Origin: Leucoraja erinacea | Taxonomy: Eukaryota | Direction: 5' to 3' | Assembly: GCF_028641065.1 (NCBI RefSeq) | Contig: NC_073401.1 | Coordinates: 20,336,001-20,400,000, forward strand | DNA length: 64,000 bases | Shown: in pieces, positions 49,702 to 62,134 of the stretch | Numbering within the stretch: position 1 is the stretch's first letter | How the letters are laid out: each line of letters starts with the position of its first letter | Made by a program: the position numbers and the translations under genes | The notes under the pieces: model-generated | The model's database searches: none | What the model saw: the letters and a program-made list of their open reading frames with translations, nothing else | Told to the model about the DNA's origin: nothing

Positions 49702-52700
49702 CTGGAAGATATAATGATAAAGCACAACATTTCTTTCAGGGAAATTGATGGTGTAACAACAGTGAAGAGCTAGAACAACTGAGAAAGTGAACCAAGGATT
49801 AACTGATGGAATTTAATTGGTTCATTGGTTAGATGAATTTAATTGAACATTGGTTAGAGCACACTTGAAGTATTATGTAAAACACAATGTGCTGGAATAA
49901 CTCAGTGGATCAGACATTATTTGTGCATGGAATGGATAGGAGGTGATAGCAGGATAAAGCCTGGCAAGTGATGTTGCTACAGGTGAGGGGGTTTGTTGGC
50001 ACACAGATGGAGTAAGTGGAGATGAATATGAAAACAAAAGGGGAGAGGAGGAGTGAAATGTAAAGCCAGCGGGAGGGATATGGGGGGGAAAGGGGCAGGA
50101 TATCAGAAGGAAAGGCTGCGCACATGGGTGGGGAGGGGTGGTAGAGGTTGGGGCCGAGGAAAGAGAGAATGGGAATGGAGAATGTATTTAAATTTGGAGA
50201 ATTCAATGTTCATAGCATTGGGTTGTAGGCTACCCAAATGGAATATGAGGTGCTGTGAGTACTGTGTGCAGTTCTAGTCACCAAGCTGTAGGGAGGATGT
50301 CATTAAAGATAGGAAGGTTCACAAGGATGTTACCAAGACTGAGGGCCTTGATTTACAAGGAGAGACAGGATGGGCTAGGCCTTGTTTTGCTGGATCATCA
50401 GATGGTAAGGGATGGTTAAGCAGGCTAGGACTCTATTCCTTGGAGTGCAGGAGGATGAGGGGTGATCTTATCGAGATGTACAAAATCATAAGAGATTGTG
50501 TATCTGTGGGAGTGCAGTGCAGACTGACTAGTGGATAGAATCCATTGGAAGGTAGTGTGGGATAGAAGAGAGACATGGAGAGAGTGACATAGAAGAGGAA
50601 CAAGGATAGACTGTACAAAAGTGAGAAACAGAGAAACTGGAAGTAGACTGTACCCTGACTAACATACAGAAAGATTGGGCAGGGAGTGAGATACAGTTAG
50701 AGTGGCCTGCAGTGAGATATAATGGAGTGGCTGGGAGAGGGATGCGATAGTTTGTTTGGGAGTAAGATATGATGGAGCGGCAGGGAGTACAATATGACGG
50801 AGTGGCAGAGGAGTAGGATACGAAGGAGTGGCCATGAGTAAGATACATTGGAGTGGCGGGGGGTGGGGGGGTGGAATACGATGGGGGTGAGAGGCAGGTG
50901 GAGAGGTTGGGAATGGGTCATGTAGGGTGATATACAGAATATGTGGTGACCTCTCTTTGTTGGTTTACCCAATGGTGTCAACACTCTATCCCTCTCCTAG
51001 TTCACGCACTGCATCGCATCTTCCCCACTCAACTAACTCTCACACTGATATAACAGATGTGGTGGGAAAAAAATGAAGTAGAGATTGGTTGTGATCTGGA
51101 ATTCACCTAGTTAGTGCAACTGAAACCGGTCTCTTCAGTGAGAGGAGGGGGACGAGAGAGCGAGAGCAGGACTTCGGGGAAAGTTGGAGAATCAAGTGGA
51201 CAAACTGATCTACGGAGAGCCAGCAACGAATGGATGGGATGAATGGCCTCCTATGCTGTAACAATCCCTGGGTTCTCACCATCTGTGGTTCATGCAGCAG
51301 AGGAAGTCTTGTGTGATCTGTTACCTGGGCCTGTGGTTTCCAAGTCAAAGAACACCAGGGTCTCCTCTGTGCTCTGCTGAGGGCCATCCTGTCCACCACT
51401 TGGCATCTCAGCTCCAGACTCTCTCTGCATTGCATCTTCAGCTCCATCTTCTCTAACAATGACTAGAGTACAGGAAGAAGATAAATAATTTAGTGGCATG
51501 GTGTCAGGACAACAACATCTTCCTCAACGTCAGCAAGACCCAGGAGCTTGTTATTGACTTAAGGAAGCGTGGTGGAGTACATGCTTCAATCAGCATCAAA
51601 GGTGACCAAATGAAAATGATTTAGAGAGCTTCAAGTTCCTTGGAATAAATATTACCAATGATCTGTCGTTGATCAACCACATTGAGATGCAACAGCCAGG
51701 AAGGGATTCCTCCTTTTAGAGGAAATTCGGCATCATTCCAGTGACTCGTATATGAACTTCTGCAGATGCACCATAGAAAGCATACTGTCGGGATGCATCA
51801 CAGCTCGGTTTGGGAATAGCTCTGCCCAAGAACAGAAGAAATTGCAGAGTTGTGGATGGAGCCCAGTCCATCACACACACTAGACTTCCCACCATTGACT
51901 CCATTAACACTTCACGCTGACTCGGAAAATCAGCCAACCTAATCAAAGATGTGTTCTACCACAGTCATTCCTTCTCATATTCCTCCCCTCCGGCAGAAGG
52001 CAAAGAAGCTTGAAAACACGCACCCACAGACTCAGGAATGACTTCTTTCCCTTTGTTACCTGGCTTCTAAACTGGGGTCTTGTTCGAGTCACCTGCTGAG
52101 GCCATATTTGAGTAATGTGTTCAGTTTTGATCACCCCGCCAGAGGAAGAATGTTGTTAAGCTGGATAGAGTGCAGAGAAATTTCGCAAGGACACACCCAG
52201 GACTTGAAGATAGCAACAGGGAGTGGTTGGGTAGGGTCAAGTTCCTTTGAACGCAAAAAGCTGAGGAGTGATCCTATGGAATCAGGAGGGGAATAGATTG
52301 GGGGAAAAGCACAACGTTTTTTTAACAAGAGTAGGGTAATCAAGACCTAGAGAACATTTAACGAGGGACACAAGGGGAAACTTTTTTCATACAGATGCTG
52401 ATGGGTATGTGGAACAAGCTGCCTGAGGAGGTAGATGAGGCAAGTACTATAACAACATTTAAAATACATTTGGACAGGTGCATGGAGAGGACATTTTTAG
52501 AGGGATAGAAGGGTCGAGATGGCCTGTTTCCGTGCTGTAATTGTTATGATTATATGGATATGGGCCAAATGGTGGGCAAGTGGGATTAGTTAGATGGGGC
52601 TGCTAGGGACAGAGGCGTTGGGCCGAAAGGGCCAGTTTGCATTTATGTCACCCATGACCACAGTCATTGGGAGAATGGTTTCCTAACACAGGAAGAAAAG

Positions 52701-55700
52701 TTCCACCTGTCAGACAGCGAGGGGCAATTCCAGCAATGATGACACAAGGATCAATGACTACAAAGAAAAGTGGGTTACTGGTGAATGATTCAAACATTTA
52801 CAATCCCCATGTAACAACTGTGACATGACCAGTATAAAATGCTGGAAGTGTTTTGAGTCAGTGAAGCACTTTGTGTCCTCTCATGAGTTCTTCCAGGTAT
52901 ATGGTGCTGGGGATCTTGTTCGTGGCAGCTGAGACGTGTGACAAGAATTGGCTGAAGCAGATAGTCAAGGACGGGGAAAAAATGGATCTGTGAAAGCAGC
53001 GTTCCTCTATGTAACGGTGAAAAATTTGGTCATCAGGTGTAGGGTGCTCTCGGGGCTACTGTACTTGGTGCAAGTGTGGCCCATCCCCTGTTCCTATGCC
53101 ACAGCGAATGGTAGTGTTGTAGAGCAGAGGGATTTAGGAGTACAAGTGCATGGTTCCTTGAAGGTCGAGTCACAGGTAGATAAGGTGGTCAAAAAGGCTT
53201 TTGGCACTTTGGCCTTCAACAGCCAAGAGTATTGAGTATAGAACTTGGGAGGTCATGTTGCAGTTGTATAAGACGTCGGTGAGAACGCATTTAGAATATT
53301 GTGTTCAGTTCTGAGCACCATGTTATGGGATATTGTCAAGCTTGAAAGGGTTCAGAAAGGATTTACGAGGATGTTGCCAGGACTAGAGAGTGTGAGCTTT
53401 AGGGAGAGGTTGAGTAGGCTGGGTCTCTATTCCAAGGAGCATAGAAGGATGAGGGGAGATCTTATAGAGGTATACAAAATCAAGAGAGGAATAGATCGGG
53501 TAGATGCACAGAATCTTTTTCCCAGAGTAGGGGAATTGAGGACCAGAGGACATAGGTTTAAGGTGAAGGGGAAAAGATTTAATAGGAATCTGAGGGGTAA
53601 CTTTTTCACACAGAGGGTGATGGGTATATGGAACAAGCTGCCAGAGGAGCTAGTTAAAGCTAGGACTATCCCATCATTTAAGAAACAGTTGGACAGGTAC
53701 ATGGATAGGACAGGTTTGGAGGGTTAGTGACCAAGCGCAGGCAAGTGGGACTAGGGTAGCTGGGATATTGTTCGCTGGTGTGGGCGAGTTGGGCCGAAGG
53801 GCCTGTTTCCACACAGTATCACTCTATGACTATGATAAATGTAGGTGAAAATGTAAAAGATGTAAGTTTACCTACAGTGTCCATAAACATGGGCACCTGT
53901 TCCTGTCTGTTAGAGTCAGTGATAAGAGTGACACACTCTATGGAGGGCATGCGGCTCTGCTGGTGGCTGCTTGGGCCAGCGGTGGAATCGTCCTCAGTGC
54001 AGCTGCTTGGCTCTTCTTTCACGCACAGTTTTTTGGAGGTTTCTGCTTCCTCAGCTGCATAATATTTCCTTTTGTTGAAGTTACACATCGAAGATTCGCC
54101 CACTGCCTGCAGAGGAGAGCAGTATCTGTTAAGGATAGACCGGTGTGGGTGAGTTAGGCCAAAGGGCCTGTTTCCACACTGTATCACTCTTTGACTCTAT
54201 AACACAAACTCAGTCCAATAGAAACACAAGGAACTGCAGATGATGGTTTACAAATAAGGACACAGTGCTGGAGTAACTGATCAGGTCAGGCAGCATCTCT
54301 AGAGAACATGGAGAAGGGGGGGGGGGGTTCATGAACCAATGCAGGACTGAGGCAGGTGAGAGGCTGGAAGTTGGTATGGAAGATGGTGAAAGAAAGTTCA
54401 CTGTGCAGAATAGGCAGCAACATAGCAGGGAGTGAGGAAGATAGACACAAACTGCTGGAGTAACTCAGCGAGCTAGGCAGTATCTCTGGAGAGAAGGAAT
54501 GGGTGACCTTTCGGGTTGAGACCCTTCTTCAGACTAATCAGGGGAAAGGAAACGAGAGATTTAGACAGTGAAGCAGATAGATATAGAACATATATATGCA
54601 TATATATGCAAATATGTAAAATATATGAAAGATATGCAAAAAAGTAACGATAGTAAAGGAAACAGGCCATTGTTTGCCGTTTGCTATGTGAGAGCAAGAA
54701 CCTGGTGTGGCTTGGGTGGGGGAGGGATCGAGAGAGAGGGAGTGCAGGGATTACATGAAGTTAGACAAATCATTATTTATACCACTGGGCTGTAAGCTGC
54801 CCAAGCTAAATATGAGATGCTGTTCCTCCAATTTGCGACTAGCCTCTGACAATGGAGGAGGCCGAGGACAGAAAGGTCAGTGTGGGAATGAGAAGGGGAA
54901 TTAGAGTGAGAATAGGGCCCCACAGAAAACAAAGCGCTCATCTGTGTGGAGCCACAAGAAATGAACAAGGCCCTCAATGAGTGTTTCTCTTTTGTTTGTA
55001 CATTGGAGGAAGAAATGACGGCTGGGGAACTATTACGATCGAGGAAGTGCTGAATGTCCCAAGTCATATGAAGGAAGATAAATCTCCTGGGCTCAAACAC
55101 ATATATCAGAGGACTATGGGAAGCTGGAGAATTTGTAGTGGCCCTGGCTGAGATATATGAATCATCATTAGACACAACTGAGATGCCAGAAGACTGGAAC
55201 GTGGTAATATTGTGCCTCTATTTATGATGGGCTGCAAGGCAAAACCTGGGAACTATAGACCAGTGACCCTAACACCTGTGGCAGGCAAGTTACTGGAGGG
55301 TATTCCGAGGGACAAGATATAGTCATAGATATATATGCATTTGGATAAAGAGGGGTTGGTTAGAGATAGTTAGCATGGTTTGTACGTGGGAGATGGAAAC
55401 AGAGTGATGGTGGACGGTTATTTTTAGGAAGGGAGGCTTGTGACCAGTGGTGTGCTTCAGGGATTGATACTGGGCCCGTTGCTGTTTGTGCTTTATATCA
55501 ACGATTTGGATGAGAATGTAGTACGTTTAGTACGTGCTTAGTACGTTTGCAGTTAAGGGTCGGGTACTTTTCGGCGCTGCCGTTCCGCCTCCGTTTGCCG
55601 CCGCCCATAGTTAATGCTTATCACCGAAACAGCGGTGCCGAAACGACTGTTGCATTTCTGACATTACAACTGTGACTATTTTTCAAAATTACTTCATTGG

Positions 55701-58700
55701 CTGTAAAATGTCCTTGGCAGACTCTTTTTTCCTCTCAATTTGTCTTTACCTCCTTTGCACTGTCGAAAGTGGACTGTGGTTAAGCTGTCCCGTGTTTCTT
55801 CAAGTCTCTCCCATGGGCTCGGTTAGAAAAGGAGGCGGGTGGAAGAAAATTTAAAGTTATCGGACTTTCGGACAGAACCAACTTCTCTTTGCTTGGTGCG
55901 GTGAGCGAGGTCAGTCAGTTTCGAAGAGTTTTGAGGGAAGCCTGCAGTTTGGTAAAAGTTGTCGGTCTCTGCTGTTTTCCCAGTGCTGGAGCAGGGAGGC
56001 ATGTTTGAAGAATGGGAGTGAGAGCTTCCTATCGCTATATATACACACATACACACGCGGATAAGATACGTCGAGGAGCAAAGGTTTGGCCTGGTAAATA
56101 GGTGTTATCTGTGTAACTTGTGAAAAGCAAAGGCATAATTGTGTGGTTACTCTGCTGTCCACTGCACATACCTCCCTTGCATGTGGTTGACTCTTTCAAC
56201 AACCTAATATGATTTGAAAAGATGAAACATTTCTTGTTTGTAATAAAAGTAAATATATTAAAATGGCAGCAGCGGTGCCGAAACGGCGGTGCCAAATGGT
56301 ACCATTCCGTGCAGTTGTTATTAAAGTGGGTGGTATCGTAGATGGCGAAGATGGTGATCAAAAATTAGAGTAGGATCTTGATGTGATGGCCAAGTGGACT
56401 TAGGAATGGATAATGGAGTTTATGCAGAAAAGTGTGAGATGCTGCATTTTGGGAAATCAAACCAAAGCAAGACCATCACAGGAAATGGCAGGTCCCTGGG
56501 GAGTGTTGTAGAGCAGAGGGATCTAGTGGTGCAGGTACATAGTTCTTTAAAAGTGATATCACATATAGATTGGGTGGTGAAGGCTTTTGGTTCTTTGGCC
56601 TTCATCAGTTACTAGTTATGTCTTCATCTGCTTTGAGGCTAACATTTGGAACTCACTCGCCAAGACTTGCTGCTCCTGTACCTTTAGCCCTCAGGCTTTC
56701 CTCTATGACTCTGCATCCATGACTGGTTTATGCTCTGATGCACCTTGGGTTTACACAAAATAAAGGACTCTTCTTCAGACTGGAGCCCGGGGAAGGGTGC
56801 CGCCTGAAAATGTCATGGCATAGTCAGAGACTGACCTGACAATGTGCAAGAAAGAGTAACAGGGGGTAACAGTGGGCTAATATCAAATTAAGGATTGGCT
56901 GGGAACAGTTGGGTAATGGCCAGGAATAGTGCGAGCCAGAGCAAATTAAGTTTGATTTTCAGCTGCTCAGGACATGTCTGCACTGACCCTGGCCAAACGC
57001 AGTTGTTTCTGACGGAGGTGGAAAGCACATGGCCATCTCATTTTATCCAATTTGCCTCCTTAGTTTAGACAGAGCACTCTGACCTCAGTATTAAAGCCAC
57101 TTTACATCTTCTACATGATTAACTCTGCACATGCACCTTGTTGCAATGAACAGCAATTCTGCATCCAGGCAGCGATAACTTCCCATCCAAAGTGGACTCT
57201 TGTTTCACTGAAAAACAATAATTTTCATGAGTAAACGATCTATGTAATGAACACACGAAGGAAAGAATTTGCCTCTTTGGCACAAAAGAAAGAAGAACAT
57301 GTTTGATGAAATCAATCATTTAAACCGTTTTTTGGAGTTAATGTTATAACTAAAATGAAGTACATAAATCAGGGCAATATATGGGCAGTGTCTGGTTCAG
57401 AAATCACTGGGGTTGACAGCAAGTGCCAGCTCTGAGATTGACTGGGATTCACAGTAAGCGATAACTCTCTGAATCAGAGAGACACCATGAATGATAGCTC
57501 TGGGAGTCGTAGCGAGCAACCGCTTTGGGATTCACAGCGTTCTGAAACGGAGGCACAGTGAACGACAGCTCTGGAATTCACTGACAGTCACTGTGAGGGA
57601 CGACTCTCTGAATCACAGAGGCACAATAAACGACAGTGCAGGGAGTCACAGTGAACCTCAGCTCTGGCAACCTGTAGCAGTTCTCTCAGTCACAGTTTGT
57701 TGAATCTGCTGGGGAGCACACAGGATGTGCCCTGGTGATATCCCTGGAATGCCCAGATAGGCACTGGTGGTGATGGGCACTGGACATGGCCCGGGCACCC
57801 ACCCACCAGTTGCTGGTGATGCAGCAGTGAAGCCTCCTTCCCAGATCAATCGTGGAACAGCGACTAACTTGCGCGGGGGAAATGGGGGTAGGGGGCTCTC
57901 AACAAACGTCCATGGCGATTTGATTCACGTTGTGAGTCAAAGGCAATTGTCATTTTTATTAGAGGAAACAGGAGTACCTGACTATTACTCACATCTCGTG
58001 ATTGTCAAATTGCCCAGCATTTTCTCTGGAAACTTGCAGCATTCCTGAAAGTCGATAATGGTGTTGTCCACATGCACATCCATTGGCTTTTCTTTCCGTA
58101 GTTCTGCGAGAGCTGACTTGATTGTTCCATGCAGCTTCAGGATTTCCTGCTCTGTGGCATAGCGCAACAACTGGGACACCACGTTTTTGCTCACCTCCAT
58201 TCTCTTCAACACGTTCTCTATGCTGTTCAGACTCACCTGCAGCTTGTGGGTTTTGGAGGAGTGAAGCTCCTGCAGCTCATTGAGCAGCCTGCGCTCCTCC
58301 TCCTTCACCTTCTGCAGGGCAGCCTGAACCCGGGCTTCGATCAGATCTGTCAGCTTGTACTTGTCCTTGTTCACGTCATCCACGAGCAGTTCCAGTTGGC
58401 TCTGTGATTCAACAAACTCTTCTTGCTTTGTGACTATTGCTGCCAGCGTTTCCTGCAGCTCGCTCTTCAAAAGGCTGACCTGTTTTCGCACAGGGGTGCA
58501 ATCATGGTCTTTGTGTTCCAGAAGCACGCACAGGACACAGAGCCACATCGAGCAGGTTCTACAGTACAGACTGCACATAAAAACTAGTCACAATTACCGT
58601 CAAGCAAAGGCATAAAACCCATACCACTATCTTATGCTGCCTGTCCAGGCCGTTGACACTTGGTTTCCTCAAATAAAACCCCAAACATTCCTTGTACATG

Positions 58701-59620
58701 CAAGACCTTATAATTGACCAGATCCCTAATCATGCCCAGCCGTTTCAGAGATTGTAAAATAACATAGTTGGGAGCGCAAGTCACATATTAAGGTTTCAAA
58801 CCTATTCGTCACGGGTGGATTTTTTGTTACAGAGTAGTAGATTGATGGGAAACATTAAAAAAATGTTAAGTTATATTTATTTAATGACGTGAATTTTAAT
58901 TCAATTGCTGTGGTAGGATTGGATTTCAGGACACCAGCAGAAAGGCCCTGGGCTCTGGATGCTATAACTGTAACCTAGCCACTGTTGTATCTTTTGCATT
59001 TCTATCTCATCTGAGTGTCATAAGATTTCACCCTCTTTTAAAAAGCAGCCTCAGCTTTCAAACACAGTCACTGTGCACCACCCACATCACCACACCCTCC
59101 CTCTACATTGGAAACACAACCTTTACCTAATTGTCTGATTTTCATGCGAGCTGCAGAGGAGATCCTTTGATCTTCTTAGAATCTTCAAGAACTCATCTGA
59201 ATTCAACTTTCGCAAAGTGCCCAAGGTCTCCACGTGCTTCTTGTGATCTGGCATCAACACCTGATGAGTGTGGAGGCACTTGTTACACAGCACCTTGTCA
59301 CACTCCAGGCACACAAACTCTGCAGACGTATTCTCCTCACAGGAGGCACAGCGCTGTTCTGCACTTTCCAGGATTTGCTGCTGCTTTCTCACACTGTTCT
59401 GCAAGTTTGACACAAATATATTGTCTGGCAGGGAAGAGAGACCTTTCTTGGTCACCATTTCGCAGATGGGACAGGTGACATCGCTCCCATTGGATTCGCG
59501 TTCCAGACAACCTGCACAAAAGGTATGAAGGCACTCGAGGAGCTTTGGACTTGTTGCCGGCTTGTTGCAGAGCCCGCACTGAAAATATTCCTCAAGCCTT
59601 GTTACCAGCTGGGCCTCCAT
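48962..59620 (-). CDS. PML: PML/TRIM19-like copy A: RING-Bbox1-Bbox2-coiled coil-NLS-DEDDh exonuclease, ~751 aa
   Basis: Exons 59127-59620, 57993-58570, 57137-57207, 53872-54106, 51325-51462 and 48962-49701 join in frame (2256 nt). RING PKLLECLHTFCAGCLE resembles PML PKLLPCLHTLCSGCLE; LVFFDL and FSFSQLECQVSLRPLL match the PML-I C-terminus. Orthology versus paralogy is not established. Confidence 0.9.
51325..51462 (-). CDS. PML: PML-like A exon carrying the Exo I motif (TLVFFDLETTG)
   Basis: Strong polypyrimidine acceptor, 138 nt phase 1 to 1, CAG|gtaaca. Confidence 0.9.
51480..52070 (+). mobile_element. Rex/Babar-like LINE fragment
   Basis: WCQDNNIFLNVSKTQELVID and [14 protein letters not shown] remnants. 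Confidence 0.8.
52890..53105 (+). mobile_element. Tx1/L1-like LINE fragment
   Basis: KNLVIRCRVLSGLLYLVQVWP, typical of the post-RT region of Tx1-type ORF2. Confidence 0.6.
53106..53835 (+). mobile_element. CR1 LINE 3' fragment abutting the duplication-homology boundary
   Basis: ORF 53299..53727 LERVQKGFTRMLPGL...RGDLIEVYKI; (CTATGA)n tail. Confidence 0.9.
53872..54106 (-). CDS. PML: PML-like A NLS/SUMO exon (KRKYYAAEEAETSKKLCVKEE)
   Basis: ctctcctctgcag / G|gtaaac; bipartite basic motif plus psi-K-x-E, like human KRK...RKVIKME. Confidence 0.85.
55555..56309. mobile_element. Non-autonomous insertion with 7-bp TSD and imperfect TIRs (possibly MULE-like)
   Basis: TGCAGTT at 55548-55554 and 56310-56316; empty site in copy B (~32756); repeated CGGTGCCGAAAC units near both ends. 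Confidence 0.65.
57137..57207 (-). CDS. PML: PML-like A exon 4 (KQESTLDGKLSLPGCRIAVHCNK)
   Basis: ttgtttttcag acceptor, AAG|gtgcat donor; 71 nt, supplies the required phase 1 to 0 change. Confidence 0.75.
57993..58570 (-). CDS. PML: PML-like A exon 3: B-box2 + coiled coil
   Basis: ORF 57985..58578; 578 nt, phase 2 to 1, gcag/gtgagt. Confidence 0.92.
59127..59620 (-). CDS. PML: PML-like A exon 2: RING + B-box1
   Basis: acag|GTCATGG (good Kozak context), C3HC4 RING, AG|gtaaag donor. Confidence 0.92.
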
Positions 59621-60999
59621 GACCTGTAACAAAGAAATGCCCATCACAATAAAGTTATGGGGTTGGAGATTGCAACCTTCACGTGGTCCACCCCGTTTCG
59701 ACGAATGGATTCAACCTGGCGTGCACAAACGGGTGACGGGTGACGCCGCGAGCCTCGCCAGCAGCTGTTCGTCCTTTCCACTTTTTTTTGTTTTTATTAT
59801 GTCTAAAAGTGTGTTTTAGTGTGTGGGGGGGGGGGGGGGGGGTAGGGCGGGAATTGGGGGAAATTTACCTTGGTGGAATGCAACTTTTCTCCCAGTTGCA
59901 TTTGGCCTCCCTCGCTTTTTTAATTTGACCAATTAAAAAACAAAAATAAACCTGCAGATTGTGGAAATATGGAATTAAAACTGATTGATTGACTAACAGG
60001 AAATGGAATATGGAATAATATTATGTATTAATATAATGAAATTAAACAAATGTGTCATTTTCCGATTGGTGAGCTGTACAGACTGAGGAGTCACATGGTC
60101 AACTTGATCAAAGGCAATTTATGTAATTGACTTAAGAAGAGAGTTGGAGGCCTGGACCCATTCATTGTTGCTTGTGCTCTATATCAAAGATTTGGATGTG
60201 AATTTATAAATTGGCTAAAGCATGGTAATTTTGCAGATTACATTAAATTAGATGGTATCATAGAGAATAGTTATCAAGAATTACAACAAGATCCTGATTA
60301 GCTAGGTAAGTGAGCTGAGGAATGACAAAATTAAGTTTAATTTAGATAAGTGCAAGATGTTAATTTTGGGAAGTCAATGCACACCAGGACTTTCTCAATA
60401 AATAGTTGGGCCCTGTGAAGTTTTGTGGAAACTGAGGTGTACAAGTACCTGGTCCCCTGATAGTGGTGTCACAGGTGGAGAGTGGTGAAGAAGGCTTTTG
60501 GCCTTTATGAGTATATAAATTGAGACACCCTGTAGCAGTTGTACAAGACGTTGGTGAGGCTCCACTTGGAATATTGTGTTCAGTTTTGGTCACCATGCTA
60601 TAAGAAAGATAACATTAAACTGGAAAGGTACAAAAATACAAACCTAGCTGGGAAAGCAAGGTGTGAGGAGAATACGTAGTCTGCAAGGAGGTATGGAGAT
60701 AGGTTGCATGAGTGGGCAAAACTTTGGCAAATGGAATGTAATGTGGGGATTGTAAGGATGTCTAATGCAGAAGAAAAAAAGCAAAGAGTAACTTTGAGCA
60801 ACTAGACAGAAATATCTTGGTGTCCCTGCATTAGAAACACAGAACGTCAATGGGTAATTAAGAACCTAACTAGAATTGTTGCCTTCATGGCAAAGAGTAT
60901 AATTTCAGGGTGTGTCTTGCTGCAACTGTACAATGTATTGGTGACACCAGACAGGAGGTACTGCATATAGCATTTGTCTCCTTGCTTATGTTGGTCTAT

Positions 61000-61806
61000 A
61001 GGGTGATTTCACGAAATGTCACTGGAGCGTAGATCCTGACCCACGTGACCGCAAATTTTAACTGGAGTACACTCGTCACTTCCGGTACATGTTAGTGAAT
61101 CTGAAAACACGCACTTTCACACCCGTTAAAAACCGCGAAAACGGCCAGTTTTTGAGCTGTAAATTACTGTGCCAGTCGGGGTGACCGTGAGGCACAGCTA
61201 CCTAACTTTACAGTCCAGAAGAAAGATAAAAACTAAGGTAAATCCAAGAGGGAGCTGAAGGTGCAAATACAGCGGAAGTGCTCAGCGGACATTTGCCGTG
61301 GAGATATAAAGATAGAAAATATCGGGAATTATCACGTTTGCTCGCTGCATTTCATCAAAAGTAAGGCATTATTGACGTTTTATCTTTATTCATTTGTTAT
61401 ATGAAAAGTTTTAAAAGTGAAAAATCCGTCAGTAAAATTGCAAAATCGCCCATGGTTCTCAGGTGGGTTTTAATATGCAAAATGAAAACGCTTCTGAAGC
61501 TCCATTTACCATTTAAATAATCATAAACTATCAATGCGTTTTGAAATAAATTTTACTCGGATGCAAGCTAAGGAATGGGATAATTGTCAGCTGTTAATTG
61601 GACAAAATCAGAACATTTAATTATTTGCCAAAATATATTTCTCACTGTTTCTTGTTAAAAGCCTGTACAATCACCCAAACTACTTATTTATTTATCATCT
61701 AATAACAGACAAGCCTGTGCAGGCTTTAAACAAGAAACATTGAGAAATATATTTTGGCAAATAATTAAATGATCTACGCTCCAGTGACCTGTCGTGAAAT
61801 CACCCT
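61000..61806. mobile_element. Non-autonomous DNA transposon (MITE-like), 36-bp TIRs, probable AT TSD
   Basis: AGGGTGATTTCACGAAATGTCACTGGAGCGTAGATC and its inverse with 2 mismatches; copy B has the empty site ggtctatttg (38461). Confidence 0.85.
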
Positions 61807-62001
61807 ATTTGCATTATAGACGGTGCAGAGAAGGTTTCGTGTGATTCTCGGGTTAAAGGGGTTGACATATGTTAGGAGGTTTGCCAGGTTAGGTCTATAC
61901 ACATTGGAGTTTAGAACAATGCTAAGTAATCTTATTGACACATCTAAGAAGCTTAACAGAGTGGATGCAAGAAGTCCGTTTCCTCATTATGAAATCTAGA
62001 A

Positions 62002-62134
62002 GGGGTGGAAGATTACAACCTTCACGTGGCCCGCCTTGTTTCGACTAATGCAATCAACTCGACGTGCACAAAGAAAAGATGAAATAGAACAAGTTCTACA
62101 ACGTTAGGCTGTGCACGCCGCACGAAAGAAGAAG
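62002..62134 (+). mobile_element. Short retroposon insertion with (GAA)n tail and 13-bp TSD
   Basis: TSD ATGAAATCTAGAA at 61989-62001 and 62135-62147; related sequence at ~59659-59730. Confidence 0.7.

Noticed and set aside
50550-50930. Purine-rich quasi-periodic tract in the last intron of A
   Set aside because: Low-complexity decayed repeat with no coherent ORF or splice signals.
57658-57849. 63-aa ORF in intron 3 of A as an extra exon
   Set aside because: No phase-compatible acceptor, and the segment is deleted in B.
59123-59647. N-terminal MMGISLLQV extension in the ORF track
   Set aside because: It is the intron polypyrimidine tract and acceptor; the real start is the ATG at 59620 (36222 in B).
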